Below are positions 29,588-40,201 of a DNA stretch of 64,000 nucleotides, piece by piece. This stretch comes from a bacterium (lineage in GTDB: Bacteria; Patescibacteriota; Microgenomatia; Levybacterales; UBA12049): positions 219,704-283,703 of the forward strand of contig JAJYWL010000016.1 in the NCBI GenBank assembly GCA_021791545.1, in the 5' to 3' direction. The position numbers were made by a program, and so were the translations under genes. The notes below the pieces were generated by a model. It was not told the origin of the DNA, made no database searches, and saw only the letters and a list, made by a program, of their open reading frames with translations. Numbering within the stretch: the first letter of the stretch is position 1; each line of letters begins with the position of its first letter.

Positions 29588-30649
29588 ATGACTATAAGGC
29601 TTAAAACCGCCTTCTTTATAACCACAGGTATTATTCTTATGTGGTTTTTATACATTGAAAGGGCCGTTTTAACCCCTTTTATTCTCGCAGCAATTTTTGC
29701 ATACATCTTCAATCCTTTTGTAAATTTCTTCACTCATAAAATTAGACTACCCAGAACTCTTTCGGTAATTGTTATTTATGCAATATTAATTTCTTTAATT
29801 TCAGTGAGTGCTGTTGTGTTTAGCGGAAGAATAGTTGAGGAGTCATCCGAAATACAATCGGCTGCAAAAGCTTTGACTATAACTGCCAAATCACAGGTAT
29901 CAAATATTCCACAATGGTTGCAGCCAACCGTAAATGATACTTTGCAGACTTTTGAAAAATATCAAACTCTCTCTTACCCTTCTGCTTTTGAGTTTCTTCC
30001 AAAAGCCGTATCGAGGATTTTAGGTTTTATAATATTCCTCTTTGCGGCATTTTATTTTCTTAAAGAGGGAAGATCAATGTTTGATAAACTTCTTGCCTTC
30101 ATTCCTCCAAGTAATAGGGTTGAGGCGGATATCCTTATAAGAAGAATGAACGGAGTCTTAAGCGGTTACCTTAGAGGTCAGATCTTTCTTGTACTTTTTG
30201 TTGCTACCCTACTCTTCTTATGTCTTTCGATTTTAGGAGTAAAGTTTGCTCTTATTCTTGCAATATTTTCAGGTTTTGCAGAAATAGTTCCATATATAGG
30301 ACCTATTACAGCAACGGCGGTGGCAGTAATTGTTGCATACTTTACAGGTGGAAGTCATAACATTGCATTAGATCCAATACAAAGTTCAATAGCAATTATT
30401 GCTATATATTTTGTACTAAGACAATTCCAGGATTATTTTGTAACCCCTTATGTCATGGGAAGGATAACAAAACTTCATCCTCTCGTAATTCTTTTTGCAG
30501 TTGTTGCCGGAGAACATATAGCGGGAATAATGGGATTGATATTGGCAGTTCCGATTGCCGGAATTCTAAGAGTTATATTTGAATATTCTATAGATAGGAT
30601 TAACGACAGAGACCTCAAAGAAACAAAAAATGCTTCGGGAAAAAAGTAA
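29588..30649 (+). CDS. AI-2E (PerM) family transporter
   Basis: PFILAAIFAYIFNP, GYLRGQ, IVPYIGP, LHPLVILFAV, GLILAVP. Confidence 0.92.
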   Translation: MTIRLKTAFFITTGIILMWFLYIERAVLTPFILAAIFAYIFNPFVNFFTHKIRLPRTLSVIVIYAILISLISVSAVVFSGRIVEESSEIQSAAKALTITAKSQVSNIPQWLQPTVNDTLQTFEKYQTLSYPSAFEFLPKAVSRILGFIIFLFAAFYFLKEGRSMFDKLLAFIPPSNRVEADILIRRMNGVLSGYLRGQIFLVLFVATLLFLCLSILGVKFALILAIFSGFAEIVPYIGPITATAVAVIVAYFTGGSHNIALDPIQSSIAIIAIYFVLRQFQDYFVTPYVMGRITKLHPLVILFAVVAGEHIAGIMGLILAVPIAGILRVIFEYSIDRINDRDLKETKNASGKK

Positions 30650-30980
30650 GCCAGATTCTGTTTTAGTTGCAATCTATCTCAATTGTGATGTTTAGTCACA
30701 CAGTCTCGTTTTACCGAGATGCCCTCATCTTTAATGCTCCCGTAAGGCCGGTGATAACGCATTATTCGGAGGTTGCAGCAGGTGGGATTGCCCGTTTCAC
30801 TCTCACTCGTCTCTGATGCTCTCGGAATCTGTTAATTCAGGTTCCGTCCTAAATTTACTTGTGAGCAAAAATTTAGGAACCAGCTGTCTCCAGTCGGAGC
30901 TTATGCCCCGTCCCTGTCCTTACATCTGTCTGGACTTTCCTCTCAGGTTTCCCTGAGTAGCAACGCTTCTTCCCGAAGCA
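30631..30980 (-). ncRNA. rnpB: RNase P RNA
   Basis: Minus strand has GAGGAAAGTCCAGAC and ACAGAATCTGGCTTA (P4 strands); P1 formed by TGCTTCGGGAAGAAG / CTTTTTTCCCGAAGCA; TAGAAT just upstream. Confidence 0.93.
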
Positions 30981-31030
30981 CCAGCATTCTAGCAAAAAAC
31001 ATCTGTTTTGTCCAGTTTCCGAGGCTAAAA

Positions 31031-33925
31031 TTAGTTAGAGGAACAAAGCATTTTATACTCGCAGTTGTTGCAGAAAATGGAGTGGCTGCATTTAAAGTCG
31101 CTTTCAGAAATTTCTTTTACTTTTTCTTTTATAAATTCTTCTGCTTGTTCCAATTGTTCTTTTGTCCTGACAGTAGTTATTTTTTTATCTTTTTCTATAT
31201 ATAAAAGAGAAAGAATAATATCATCAGGTTTTCTGTTAAGAGGTTTATCTTTTACTTTTGTTGCTGCCAGGGCATAGAAGGTAAGCTGAAGATCGTTATC
31301 AACTTTTTTCTGTTCAGGAATATTTTCTCCTGTTTTATAATCTATGATTTCTATTTTTGTACCGTCCAGTTCATCAATCCTGTCTATCCTCCCTCCCACT
31401 TTAAGGTTTCCTAAATTAAAGTTGAAAGGAGTTTCCATAGCTATCGGAGGATTACCTTTAGAAAGATTATTTTTATAATAATCAAGAATTATTCTTTCCG
31501 CTTTCTCAAAAGATTTTTCTTCATGAAGTTTACTCGAATAACCTTCTTTTATCCAATTATTTTTCAGGATGTCTACAATTTTCTTGTTCTCTAATTTTTC
31601 TTTTTTAGTTATCTCTTCACATAAATTCCTTAATGAGGAGTGTATACTTATTCCGAAACTTTGTGCAGGACTTGGAGGCGTTGGAACTTTAAGGATATAT
31701 TTAAGTTTGTAATGCAAAGGACACATGTCAAAAGTTTGTATTTGGGAATATGATAAATAGGTGATGACTCCGTTTGAATGCCTTTCTTCTTCCTTGGGTT
31801 TTTCTCTTGGAGCATAATCTTCAAGAAAGGGAAGCGTTATCTGTTCTGCGACAGAATCGGTGTTAAGTATTTTTTTAACCTCTTCTTCCCCCAGTGATTC
31901 ATAGATAAAAGGAGAAATTTTTCTTTCTTTTTTTCCTTCACCGTAATATCCGGCAGCTGTTAAAAAAAGAAGATCCTTAGCTCTTGTCATACCTACATAA
32001 AAAAGTCTTCTTTCTTCTTGGAGGTGATAGTCTCCCGTAGACAGTATTTCTTTAATTAAAGGTTTGGGAATGGGTATTCCTTCCCGTCTTTCTCTTGTAG
32101 GAAAACGCTGGGCAACGAGATTGACCAAGAAAACAACAGGGAATTCCAAACCTTTACTTGAATGAATAGTAAGAATGTTAACAGCATTATTTTCAGACCA
32201 ATCGAGATCTCCTGCTAATGGACTCTCTCCCATTTGCATAGATAAATCTATCCAGTCCACTACGTCATAAACGCTTGATGTTTCGTGTTCTGTTTCATAA
32301 GTCTTAAGTTTATCGAAGAACTTTGCGTAGTTTTTCGCCATCTTTTCTTCTTTTTGTGTTTTTGCATTTACTAATTCCTGTATTATTCCTGTGTCGGAAA
32401 GAAAGTAATAGAGGATTTGCCCAGCTGTTTCTTTTGGCACAAGGTCCAAGTGTCTTTTTACCATTTTTACAAACTCAGTAAGTTTTTCTTTTGCTTTTGG
32501 ATTAAGAGATGTTTCATCTATTTTTTCCAGCATTTCAAAAAGATTGTAGTTATTCTTTTTTGCGTTATTAAGAAGAATAGAAATCTCTATTCCTTCAAGT
32601 TTTAAATAGGGCATATTTAAGACTCTATAAAGGGAAGGAGAGTCTTCAAAGTTATATAAAACTTTAAGGTAGGAGATAAGGTCTTTTATTTCATCTTGTT
32701 GGAAAAGTCTTCCGGGTCCTAAGAATTGGAAGGGAATTTTATGTCTTTCAAAAGCTCTTATGAATGGTTCCGAGTGGTCATTTGCTCTTACCAAAATCGC
32801 GATATCTTTGTATGAATACTTATTCTTTTTTACCAGCTGTACTATTTTTTTTGCCGTTTCGTCCGCTTCGTTTTCTACCCTGTCTTTATAAATAAATCCT
32901 ATCGATTCCCCTTTTTTATTTCTCATAGATTTTAATTTTTTATCTATTTTTTCTTTGGCTTCTAGTCTGTCAGGATTATTAAATTGAATGAGGTTATACG
33001 ATCTTTCTAATATCTCTTCTGTAGATCTGTAATTATTTACAAGGGGAATAATTTTTGCATTTTTAAAATGCTGTCTGAACTGGATCATGTTGGAAACAGA
33101 GCTACCCCTAAATCTATATATAGATTGATCATCATCACCTACTACTGTAATATTTTTATCTTTTCCGCAAAGAAGAATCGCAAGTTCGTTTTGGGCAAAA
33201 TTAGTATCTTGGAATTCATCCACCAATACGTACTCGAATTGTTCCTGATAGTTTTTTAAAATTGTTTTTCTTTCTCTAAATAGTCTTAGGGTGTTTGTGA
33301 TAAGATCGGAAAAATCCATCATACCCATTGTCGCTTTCAACTCCTGATAAGTCTTAAAAGCATTAGCAAGCTCCAGATATTTTTCCTTTTCTTCTTTTTC
33401 TTCGGATGTTGCCGCCTTTAATTTTTTTGCCCATTTAATATATTGATCCGGAGTTACGTCTTCATCGGCAAGTCTTGAGAAATGTGAGACCATTGCTTCC
33501 AAGAATTTATTAGGGTTTCCCAAAGGTCTAAAATATTTCAGATTAAATTTAAAAATGTTATTTCTAAGAAAGAGGATGCTTTCTGCTTGAGTCATTAACT
33601 TATATGAGGGATTAAGACCTATGTGTATTGATTCAGCTCTTAATATTCTGTCACAGAAAGAATGGAAAGTAGAAATCCACATTTGGGTATAGCCATATGG
33701 AAGAGTAACATCAACTCTTTCTTCCATTTCTTTGGCTGCTTTTTCTGTAAAAGTTAAAGCAAGAATTTTAGAAGGGACGACACCATCTTCAAGAATGAGT
33801 TTTTTTATTCTTTCGGTGATGACAGTTGTCTTACCTGTTCCAGCTCCCGCGACTATTAATAGAGGACCTTTTTTGTGGTTAACAGCCAAACTCTGTTGTC
33901 TGTCAAGCAAAACCTTGCTTTTCAT
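31031..33925 (-). CDS. UvrD/PcrA-like helicase fused to a C-terminal PD-(D/E)XK nuclease
   Basis: AGAGTGKT, VDEFQDTN, VGDDDQSIYRFRG, EERRLFYVGMTRA; GRIDRID..IIDYKTG..QLTFY; Cys cluster. Confidence 0.93.
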   Translation of the reverse strand: MKSKVLLDRQQSLAVNHKKGPLLIVAGAGTGKTTVITERIKKLILEDGVVPSKILALTFTEKAAKEMEERVDVTLPYGYTQMWISTFHSFCDRILRAESIHIGLNPSYKLMTQAESILFLRNNIFKFNLKYFRPLGNPNKFLEAMVSHFSRLADEDVTPDQYIKWAKKLKAATSEEKEEKEKYLELANAFKTYQELKATMGMMDFSDLITNTLRLFRERKTILKNYQEQFEYVLVDEFQDTNFAQNELAILLCGKDKNITVVGDDDQSIYRFRGSSVSNMIQFRQHFKNAKIIPLVNNYRSTEEILERSYNLIQFNNPDRLEAKEKIDKKLKSMRNKKGESIGFIYKDRVENEADETAKKIVQLVKKNKYSYKDIAILVRANDHSEPFIRAFERHKIPFQFLGPGRLFQQDEIKDLISYLKVLYNFEDSPSLYRVLNMPYLKLEGIEISILLNNAKKNNYNLFEMLEKIDETSLNPKAKEKLTEFVKMVKRHLDLVPKETAGQILYYFLSDTGIIQELVNAKTQKEEKMAKNYAKFFDKLKTYETEHETSSVYDVVDWIDLSMQMGESPLAGDLDWSENNAVNILTIHSSKGLEFPVVFLVNLVAQRFPTRERREGIPIPKPLIKEILSTGDYHLQEERRLFYVGMTRAKDLLFLTAAGYYGEGKKERKISPFIYESLGEEEVKKILNTDSVAEQITLPFLEDYAPREKPKEEERHSNGVITYLSYSQIQTFDMCPLHYKLKYILKVPTPPSPAQSFGISIHSSLRNLCEEITKKEKLENKKIVDILKNNWIKEGYSSKLHEEKSFEKAERIILDYYKNNLSKGNPPIAMETPFNFNLGNLKVGGRIDRIDELDGTKIEIIDYKTGENIPEQKKVDNDLQLTFYALAATKVKDKPLNRKPDDIILSLLYIEKDKKITTVRTKEQLEQAEEFIKEKVKEISESDFKCSHSIFCNNCEYKMLCSSN

Positions 33926-33961
33926 GCAGGTATTGTATCACAAAAAGCTTCTGCTTTAGCC

Positions 33962-34372
33962 TTATTTTGTAACATTAATTGTTCCGGTCTGATCAGGACT
34001 AAGCTGGTTATGGTAAGTATAAACTCCGACCTTGTCAAAGATAAGAGAAACACCACTTTTGTCTGGGAATGTTCCTAAGTTAAGGAATTTCCACATGGAA
34101 TTATATGGGTAAGGATCCGAATTTACTGTTCCATCCTTTCCGCTTTCATTTACCCATCTAACCATTGTGCCCTGTTTAACAGTAACCGTCTTTGGTTCAA
34201 ACCCTGTTGCTGTAAGTTTTATTTCTTTTGATGTTAATGTTTGAGTGGGGGTTACTGTTTTGGTAAGGTTTTGATTAAGATTTGGATTTGTACCTTTACC
34301 CATTACAAAATAAAATCCGCCTAATATTAAAATTACGACGACAATGCTTAAAGCTAAAATATTCTTATTCAT
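33962..34372 (-). CDS. Membrane-anchored cupredoxin-like protein
   Basis: GFEPKTVTVKQGTMVRWVN, GVYTYH, GTINV; no blue-copper Cys. Confidence 0.75.
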   Translation of the reverse strand: MNKNILALSIVVVILILGGFYFVMGKGTNPNLNQNLTKTVTPTQTLTSKEIKLTATGFEPKTVTVKQGTMVRWVNESGKDGTVNSDPYPYNSMWKFLNLGTFPDKSGVSLIFDKVGVYTYHNQLSPDQTGTINVTK

Positions 34373-35361
34373 TCTGCACCTCCTTTCAAAACTTGAGGTT
34401 CCTTAAGTTCTCTTGTTGAATTAATTTTCTGTCCCAAATCGCTTATCCCCGTAGATACATTGAAATATTGGGAGTAGGCATTATTTATATGTTTTCCTAA
34501 AACTGAAATGTTATCGGTTAATTTATCGTAGTCATTTTGGATTCCTCTTAAAGCAGTCATTATTTGCTTGGATCTTAATTCTATTTTCTTTCCTTCAAAT
34601 GAAAGAAGTATCGTCTGAAGATGGGCATAAAGAGTTGAAGGAGAAACAAGATAGATTCTTGATTTTCTTGCGTATTCCATAAGCTCTGTCTGATTGACTA
34701 CTTCATAATAAACCGCTTCGCTTGGAACATACATAAGGGCAAAATCCATAGTCCCTTCCATCGGTAGGATATATTTCTTGGAGATAGCGTCTATATGTTT
34801 TTTTACGTCTTTTTGAAATTCTCTTTCATATAATTTTTTCTCATTTCCTTCGGCTTTTGTCATCTTCTGGAAATTTTCCATTGGGAATTTGGAGTCTATC
34901 GGTAGAATTCCTGCATCTGTTTTTATTGCAGCGTCTACTTTATCTCCAGATTTAAATTCGTACTGAAGAAAAAAACTCTCCTTAGGAAACATTTGTGATA
35001 TTAGATCTTTTAATACCTGCTCTCCTATGTTTCCCCTAAGCTTGGGACTTTTTAGGAATTCCTGAAGTTCTCTCATGTTCCTTCCTATCTCAGACATTTG
35101 CCCTATTTCTTTATTTACTTCCTGAATTACTCTTGATGAGTATTCCAATCTTTCATTAAGTTGTTTCGAATTTTCCTGAAGTGTCTTTACCATGTTATCC
35201 GAAGTTATGTCTAAGGAACTTTGCATTGATTTGAGCCATTGGAGCAAGGATTCGTCTGTTCTGGATTTTGAGATTTCTGAAAGTTTCTTATTTATTAAAT
35301 AGAAGAGTACGGCAAAGCCTAATATTATAAGAATTGATATAGTGAGCAGTTCAGACGACAT
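34369..35361 (-). CDS. rmuC: DNA recombination protein RmuC
   Basis: N-terminal TM, coiled coil, PKLRGNIGE, PIDSKFP, FALMYVPSEAVY. Confidence 0.92.
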   Translation of the reverse strand: MSSELLTISILIILGFAVLFYLINKKLSEISKSRTDESLLQWLKSMQSSLDITSDNMVKTLQENSKQLNERLEYSSRVIQEVNKEIGQMSEIGRNMRELQEFLKSPKLRGNIGEQVLKDLISQMFPKESFFLQYEFKSGDKVDAAIKTDAGILPIDSKFPMENFQKMTKAEGNEKKLYEREFQKDVKKHIDAISKKYILPMEGTMDFALMYVPSEAVYYEVVNQTELMEYARKSRIYLVSPSTLYAHLQTILLSFEGKKIELRSKQIMTALRGIQNDYDKLTDNISVLGKHINNAYSQYFNVSTGISDLGQKINSTRELKEPQVLKGGAE

Positions 35362-35376
35362 ATTTTTATTCTACCA

Positions 35377-36393
35377 TTAATCAAAGTAAAGTTCAGGATC
35401 GGCAATTATTTTATCCCAGGGTTCTTCTTTGTAATTGAAAAAAGCAGCCGAGGCTATCATTGCCGCATTATCTGTTGAAAGATTTCTTGCAGGAGCAAAG
35501 AATTTTATCCCTGTATCTTCTATTTCTTTTTTAAATTCTTCTCTTAACGTTTGATTTGCGGAAACTCCTCCGGATAGAAGAATTGATTTAACTTTATATT
35601 TTTCCGCGGCTTTCAGGGTTTTTTTGATGAGTACATCAATTATCGATTCCTGAACTCCTGCACATAAGTCATTTATATCTTTTTCGGAAAGAGTTCCTTG
35701 TCCTTTTAACTTATTTATTTCTCTTAATGCCGCAGTCTTTAAACCCGAAAAGGAAAAATCAAAATCGTTGGAGTCGATCAAAGGTCTGGGGAAGAAAAAC
35801 CTCTTTAGGTTTCCTTCCTTTGCCCTGGCTTCAATATGGGGTCCACCAGGATAGGGAAGTTCCAAAATTCTTCCTATCTTATCGAATGCTTCACCGGCCG
35901 CATCATCCCTTGTCCCTCCTATCCACTTTATTTCTCCGTGTTTTTTAAGTATTACCAAATCCGTATGTCCTCCTGAAACAACAAGGGCAAGAGCGGGAAA
36001 TTCTATGTCATCATTCTCGATGAAATTTGCGTAAATATGACCTATTAAATGATTGACGGGAATTATAGGTTTTTTATAAATATATGAGAGAGCTTTTGCG
36101 GTCTCTACTCCTACGAGTAAAGAGCCTATAAGTCCCGGTCCGTAGGTAACTGCGATTGCATCAACATTTTCTAATGATCCTATCGGTTTTAAGGCTTCCA
36201 ATATTGTCGGAATAATATACTTTACCTGTTCTCTTGCTGCTATTTCGGGAATGATCCCTCCTGTTTTTGCATGAAGAGATAAAGAAGAAGCAACAGCGTT
36301 AGAAAGAAGTTTTACTTTTTTGTCTCCTTTTTCTGCCTCTATTAGCGCGGCAGATGTTTCATCACAGCTTGTTTCAATTGCAAAAATCTTCAT
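35377..36393 (-). CDS. tsaD: t6A threonylcarbamoyltransferase TsaD
   Basis: IETSCDET, VNHLIGH, VSGGHT, TRDDAAGEAFDK, TDNAAMI. Confidence 0.97.
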   Translation of the reverse strand: MKIFAIETSCDETSAALIEAEKGDKKVKLLSNAVASSLSLHAKTGGIIPEIAAREQVKYIIPTILEALKPIGSLENVDAIAVTYGPGLIGSLLVGVETAKALSYIYKKPIIPVNHLIGHIYANFIENDDIEFPALALVVSGGHTDLVILKKHGEIKWIGGTRDDAAGEAFDKIGRILELPYPGGPHIEARAKEGNLKRFFFPRPLIDSNDFDFSFSGLKTAALREINKLKGQGTLSEKDINDLCAGVQESIIDVLIKKTLKAAEKYKVKSILLSGGVSANQTLREEFKKEIEDTGIKFFAPARNLSTDNAAMIASAAFFNYKEEPWDKIIADPELYFD

Positions 36394-36824
36394 AATTTAA
36401 TTGTTACCAAGTCTCCTTTCTTAAATCCGTATTTGTCTGAAAGACCCGCATTTATTTCCAAAACCCTGTCTGATTTTTCCTTGGAAGAATAAGTAGGAAG
36501 ATTGTTTCCTTTTTGAACGGGAACATTTTTAAATATCTCTACAATTTTATTTTTGTCTATAAAAATTATATCTATAGGAAATTTCATGTCTTTCATCCAG
36601 AAGGTATAATAGTCTTCTTTTTCAAAAATAAAAAGCATTCCTTTGTTCTGAGGGATACTATCGAAAATTGAAAGTCCCTTTTCTCTTTCCTGTTCCGTCT
36701 GGGCAATGTATAAAGAAAAAGTTTTTCCGTTAATTTTTGCGTAAGGAGCTTTGTCTGTATTTAAAAACATAAGGCCAAGAATGACTGTGATAAAAACTAA
36801 AATAAGTGGGACTAAGATTTTCAT
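36390..36824 (-). CDS. DUF192 family protein
   Basis: REKGL, GMLFIF, FWMKDMKFPIDIIFI, VLEINAG. Confidence 0.92.
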   Translation of the reverse strand: MKILVPLILVFITVILGLMFLNTDKAPYAKINGKTFSLYIAQTEQEREKGLSIFDSIPQNKGMLFIFEKEDYYTFWMKDMKFPIDIIFIDKNKIVEIFKNVPVQKGNNLPTYSSKEKSDRVLEINAGLSDKYGFKKGDLVTIKL

Positions 36825-37315
36825 AATTGATTTTCTTTGGAGATTATATCCGCAATTTTACTTGTAGATTTATCGTTTATTCTGGCGATTACTTCTAAAA
36901 CCGTGGAGCCAATATTTTTAGCTTGTCTTTTCGCATGTTCTACCTGTCCGCTTCCTTTTGTTACCGCAATAACCGAAGGATTTATAGTTTCGATAATTTT
37001 GTCATATTCGATGTCTTCTTTTACTTCAGGCATTAGAATTACATAGTCGACAGATCTTACCGAGGAAAGAACGAAGGCTCTTTCGATTTGGTTATTTATG
37101 GGCCTTTGTTCGCCTTTTATCTTCTTTACGTTTTCATCACTTTCTAAAAGTACAAATAAAATTCCTCCGGTCTTTTTAGCTGCTTCAAGAAATTTTATAT
37201 GTCCAAAATGTAAAACGTCGAAACATCCTCCCGAGAGAATAATTTTTTTTCCGTCTTTTCTGAGTTTCCTGCTTAATTTTCCTGCCTTTTTTAAATCAAT
37301 AATTCTTTGCATCAC
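36821..37315 (-). CDS. Cytidylyltransferase family protein (RfaE domain II/TagD-like)
   Basis: GGCFDVLHFGH, KGEQRP, STSKI. Confidence 0.88.
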   Translation of the reverse strand: MMQRIIDLKKAGKLSRKLRKDGKKIILSGGCFDVLHFGHIKFLEAAKKTGGILFVLLESDENVKKIKGEQRPINNQIERAFVLSSVRSVDYVILMPEVKEDIEYDKIIETINPSVIAVTKGSGQVEHAKRQAKNIGSTVLEVIARINDKSTSKIADIISKENQL

Positions 37316-38745
37316 ATCGTTCCTTTTAAATATACAGCCTGCCAGGGGCGGTAATTGGAGACAAACTTATCGCTTATAATTACTTTCCCATCTTTCTTAA
37401 CTACTCTTGTGAAGTAAACGTCTGCTCCCCAAGCTGCAAAATCTACTTGCTTTACTTCTCCTTTTGGAAGTGTTGGGTCATCCTGATAAAGATCGGGAGG
37501 TGGTGGTGTTTCATTTGTGACAACAGGTTTACTTATGCTTACTTCTCTTCCGTCTTTTGTTCCATAAAGGAAAAAGCTTAATTGCATAGTGTTATAGTCG
37601 ATTGCTGTCTGTATTAGAATGTAGTGTCCGGTGTCGTTTTTAAACTTAAGGTCAACGGTGGGGACATAAATAGTGGCATCAAAGCCCGGTCCCATATCCT
37701 GTTCATAATATCCTACTCTATATGCATGTGCATTTCTTTCGGTGATGGGAAGGCCCGCGTTAAGAAGTGCTCTGAAAAAAGTTGTCGAAACCTGGCAAAT
37801 TCCTCCACCGTCTCCTAACACTGTTTTTCCGTTTTGTATGACATAAGCTTGTTTGTATCCCGTAAGTGAGGAGACATCTCCCAAAACTTTATCAAAAGAA
37901 AATATTTCATCGGGAGCTACAAGAATGCCATTAAATTTTGAAGTTCCTAAACTTATGTTATAAATTCTGCTGGGAATTGAATGTTGAAAAAGGGAAGTGC
38001 CTTCTCCTATCAACTCTTTAATTCCCATATTGTTGACTTTGTCGGTAGTTATTTGAGGTTCAATTGTTTTTATGGGTACGGTAATGTTTATTGTTTGTGA
38101 TCCTCCTGTTTCGGCTACCGCTTGAGCCTTATCGAGAATAATTTTATTCAAGGAGACGGTATCGATTGCCTGTCCGTTTTCTGAGGGTTGAAATGCTGTT
38201 ACTCTTCCTCCGGAGAAAGTAAAAAGTGCATTAACGGGATTTTTATTTATGCTGTCGGAAAGGGGTTTGATTTTGCTTTCCAGCTTACTTTCGCAAAAGG
38301 AGTAACTTGGAGAAAGATTAATACCTGATATATAACCTTGAAGGATTAGAGAAATGTTGGAGAAAATATCTCCACCTCTTCCTATTAAATATGCCTGATC
38401 TGCCAAGAGTTTTGAATTATAACCGAAATCCAATTCTTGGGCCGATACCGTTGCTGTCCCAAAGTCACTGGTCAGAGAAAATTTTGTATTACTAAAATTG
38501 TCATTTTTTTTGTCAAAATATTTTTGTACTTCACTTTTATCTTTTCCTCCGAAATTTACATTGTTCACCATGACTCCCGGATAGATCTTGTTTTCATACA
38601 TTTTCTGAAAAAAGAGGAAGCTGAAACTTAAAAAGAAAAATAGGGCGAGGGTGGCACCTGTTAAAAACCAAAATGTCATTTGGGAGTATTTTTTTATGTG
38701 TTTTTTATGGCGGAGGAATCTGAGCTTTATTTGATATAAAGTCAT
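37312..38745 (-). CDS. VanW family protein with PG-binding (YoaR-like) region
   Basis: FSFDKVLG, GGGICQVSTT, ERNAHAYRVGYY, DATIY, DLKFKN. Confidence 0.9.
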   Translation of the reverse strand: MTLYQIKLRFLRHKKHIKKYSQMTFWFLTGATLALFFFLSFSFLFFQKMYENKIYPGVMVNNVNFGGKDKSEVQKYFDKKNDNFSNTKFSLTSDFGTATVSAQELDFGYNSKLLADQAYLIGRGGDIFSNISLILQGYISGINLSPSYSFCESKLESKIKPLSDSINKNPVNALFTFSGGRVTAFQPSENGQAIDTVSLNKIILDKAQAVAETGGSQTINITVPIKTIEPQITTDKVNNMGIKELIGEGTSLFQHSIPSRIYNISLGTSKFNGILVAPDEIFSFDKVLGDVSSLTGYKQAYVIQNGKTVLGDGGGICQVSTTFFRALLNAGLPITERNAHAYRVGYYEQDMGPGFDATIYVPTVDLKFKNDTGHYILIQTAIDYNTMQLSFFLYGTKDGREVSISKPVVTNETPPPPDLYQDDPTLPKGEVKQVDFAAWGADVYFTRVVKKDGKVIISDKFVSNYRPWQAVYLKGTM

Positions 38746-38776
38746 ATATGGTATTATACTATAAATAAGCACGATT

Positions 38777-40201
38777 ATGGACAACGGAACAGTCTTTCAA
38801 AGCCACGAACTAGGTCATGAACCGGAAGTTTTTGTACAAACGCAACAAACGCCTCAAATGCAAGCTTCTCCCCCTGTTTCAATACCTCAAACTACCGTAA
38901 AAAATAGGCCATCTTTTCCAAAGGGAAACATCATTAAGATTATTCTTGGACTTTTGGTAATAGTTTTGGTTGCAGTAGTTATTGCTGTGGTAATACCGAA
39001 AATTCTCTCCGGTGGAAATAAGAAAGTAAACGTAGTTTATTGGGGATTATGGGAAGATAACTCAATAATGCAGGGAGTAATTAATGATTTCCAAAGAGAT
39101 AATCCTAATATTACTATTGAATACAGTAAGCAGGATAAAAAACAATATAGAGACAGAGTTCTTACAAGAATAAATAACGGAAACGGACCAGATATTTTCA
39201 CTTTTCATAATACTTGGCTTCCCATGGTTTCCGATTTTCTTCTTCCTCTTCCGAGTGATACTGTCTCAAGAAACGATTTCTCTTCCTATTATCCCGTTGT
39301 ACAAAAGGATCTTGTAAAAAACGGAGCAATCTATGGACTACCACAGAATATGGATACCTTGGGAATGTATGTTAATAAGAGTTTATTCAAGGCTGCAGGA
39401 ATTAATCCTCCTACAAATTGGAACGATTTTGTAAACGACGCAAGAATATTAACAGTAAAAGAAGCCGACGGAAAAATAAAAACTGCGGGCGCTGCCATGG
39501 GAACTTTTGATAACGTTAACAATGCTCCCGACATTCTTTCTATGCTTTTTCTTCAAAACGGGGTAAATCTTTATGACATTTCCTCTACGAGTCAAAATGC
39601 ATCCGATACATTAAATTTCTATACTTCCTTTGCTTCTCCCCAGGACGGAGTTTGGGATTCTTCCCAGGATCCTTCACTTCTTGCTTTTTCAAAGGGTAAT
39701 CTTGCAATGTATTTCGGATATTCCTGGGATTACTTTACTATAAAACAGTTTAATCCAAGTCTTGATTTTGAAATTGTTCCTGTTCCTCAACTTCCAGGCG
39801 TAACAAAAGATGTAGCCAGTTATTGGGCGAATGGAGTTTCGATAAAAAGTAAAAATCAAAAAGAGGCACTTTTGTTTATGAAATATCTTGCAAGAAAAGA
39901 CGTAGTCCAGAAACTTTATAGTGAAGAGGCGAAAACTCGTCCCTTTGGAGAGCTTTATGCGAGGGAAGATTTAGGAGATACTCTGGCAACTGATCCAATC
40001 GTTTCCACTTTTGAGCAGCAGGCAAAGTTCGCATCATCATCTTTTTTTGTTGACAATACATATGATGGAGGGATGAACCAGCAGATGAACTCATATTTAG
40101 GAACAGCAGTTAATTCGGTTCTTGCCGATACCTCTCCGGACACGGCAACAGATACTTTATCAAAAGGAGTTGCCCAGGTCCTTAGTCAGTATGGAAAGTA
40201 G
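38777..40201 (+). CDS. Membrane-anchored sugar-type ABC solute-binding protein
   Basis: TM anchor, VYWGLWE, GPDIF, IYGLP, YVNKSLF, FSKGNLAMYF. Confidence 0.85.
   Translation: MDNGTVFQSHELGHEPEVFVQTQQTPQMQASPPVSIPQTTVKNRPSFPKGNIIKIILGLLVIVLVAVVIAVVIPKILSGGNKKVNVVYWGLWEDNSIMQGVINDFQRDNPNITIEYSKQDKKQYRDRVLTRINNGNGPDIFTFHNTWLPMVSDFLLPLPSDTVSRNDFSSYYPVVQKDLVKNGAIYGLPQNMDTLGMYVNKSLFKAAGINPPTNWNDFVNDARILTVKEADGKIKTAGAAMGTFDNVNNAPDILSMLFLQNGVNLYDISSTSQNASDTLNFYTSFASPQDGVWDSSQDPSLLAFSKGNLAMYFGYSWDYFTIKQFNPSLDFEIVPVPQLPGVTKDVASYWANGVSIKSKNQKEALLFMKYLARKDVVQKLYSEEAKTRPFGELYAREDLGDTLATDPIVSTFEQQAKFASSSFFVDNTYDGGMNQQMNSYLGTAVNSVLADTSPDTATDTLSKGVAQVLSQYGK

Noticed and set aside
37312-38745. Vancomycin resistance cluster (VanW)
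   Set aside because: No vanHAX or vanRS nearby; VanW-domain proteins are widespread cell-surface proteins.
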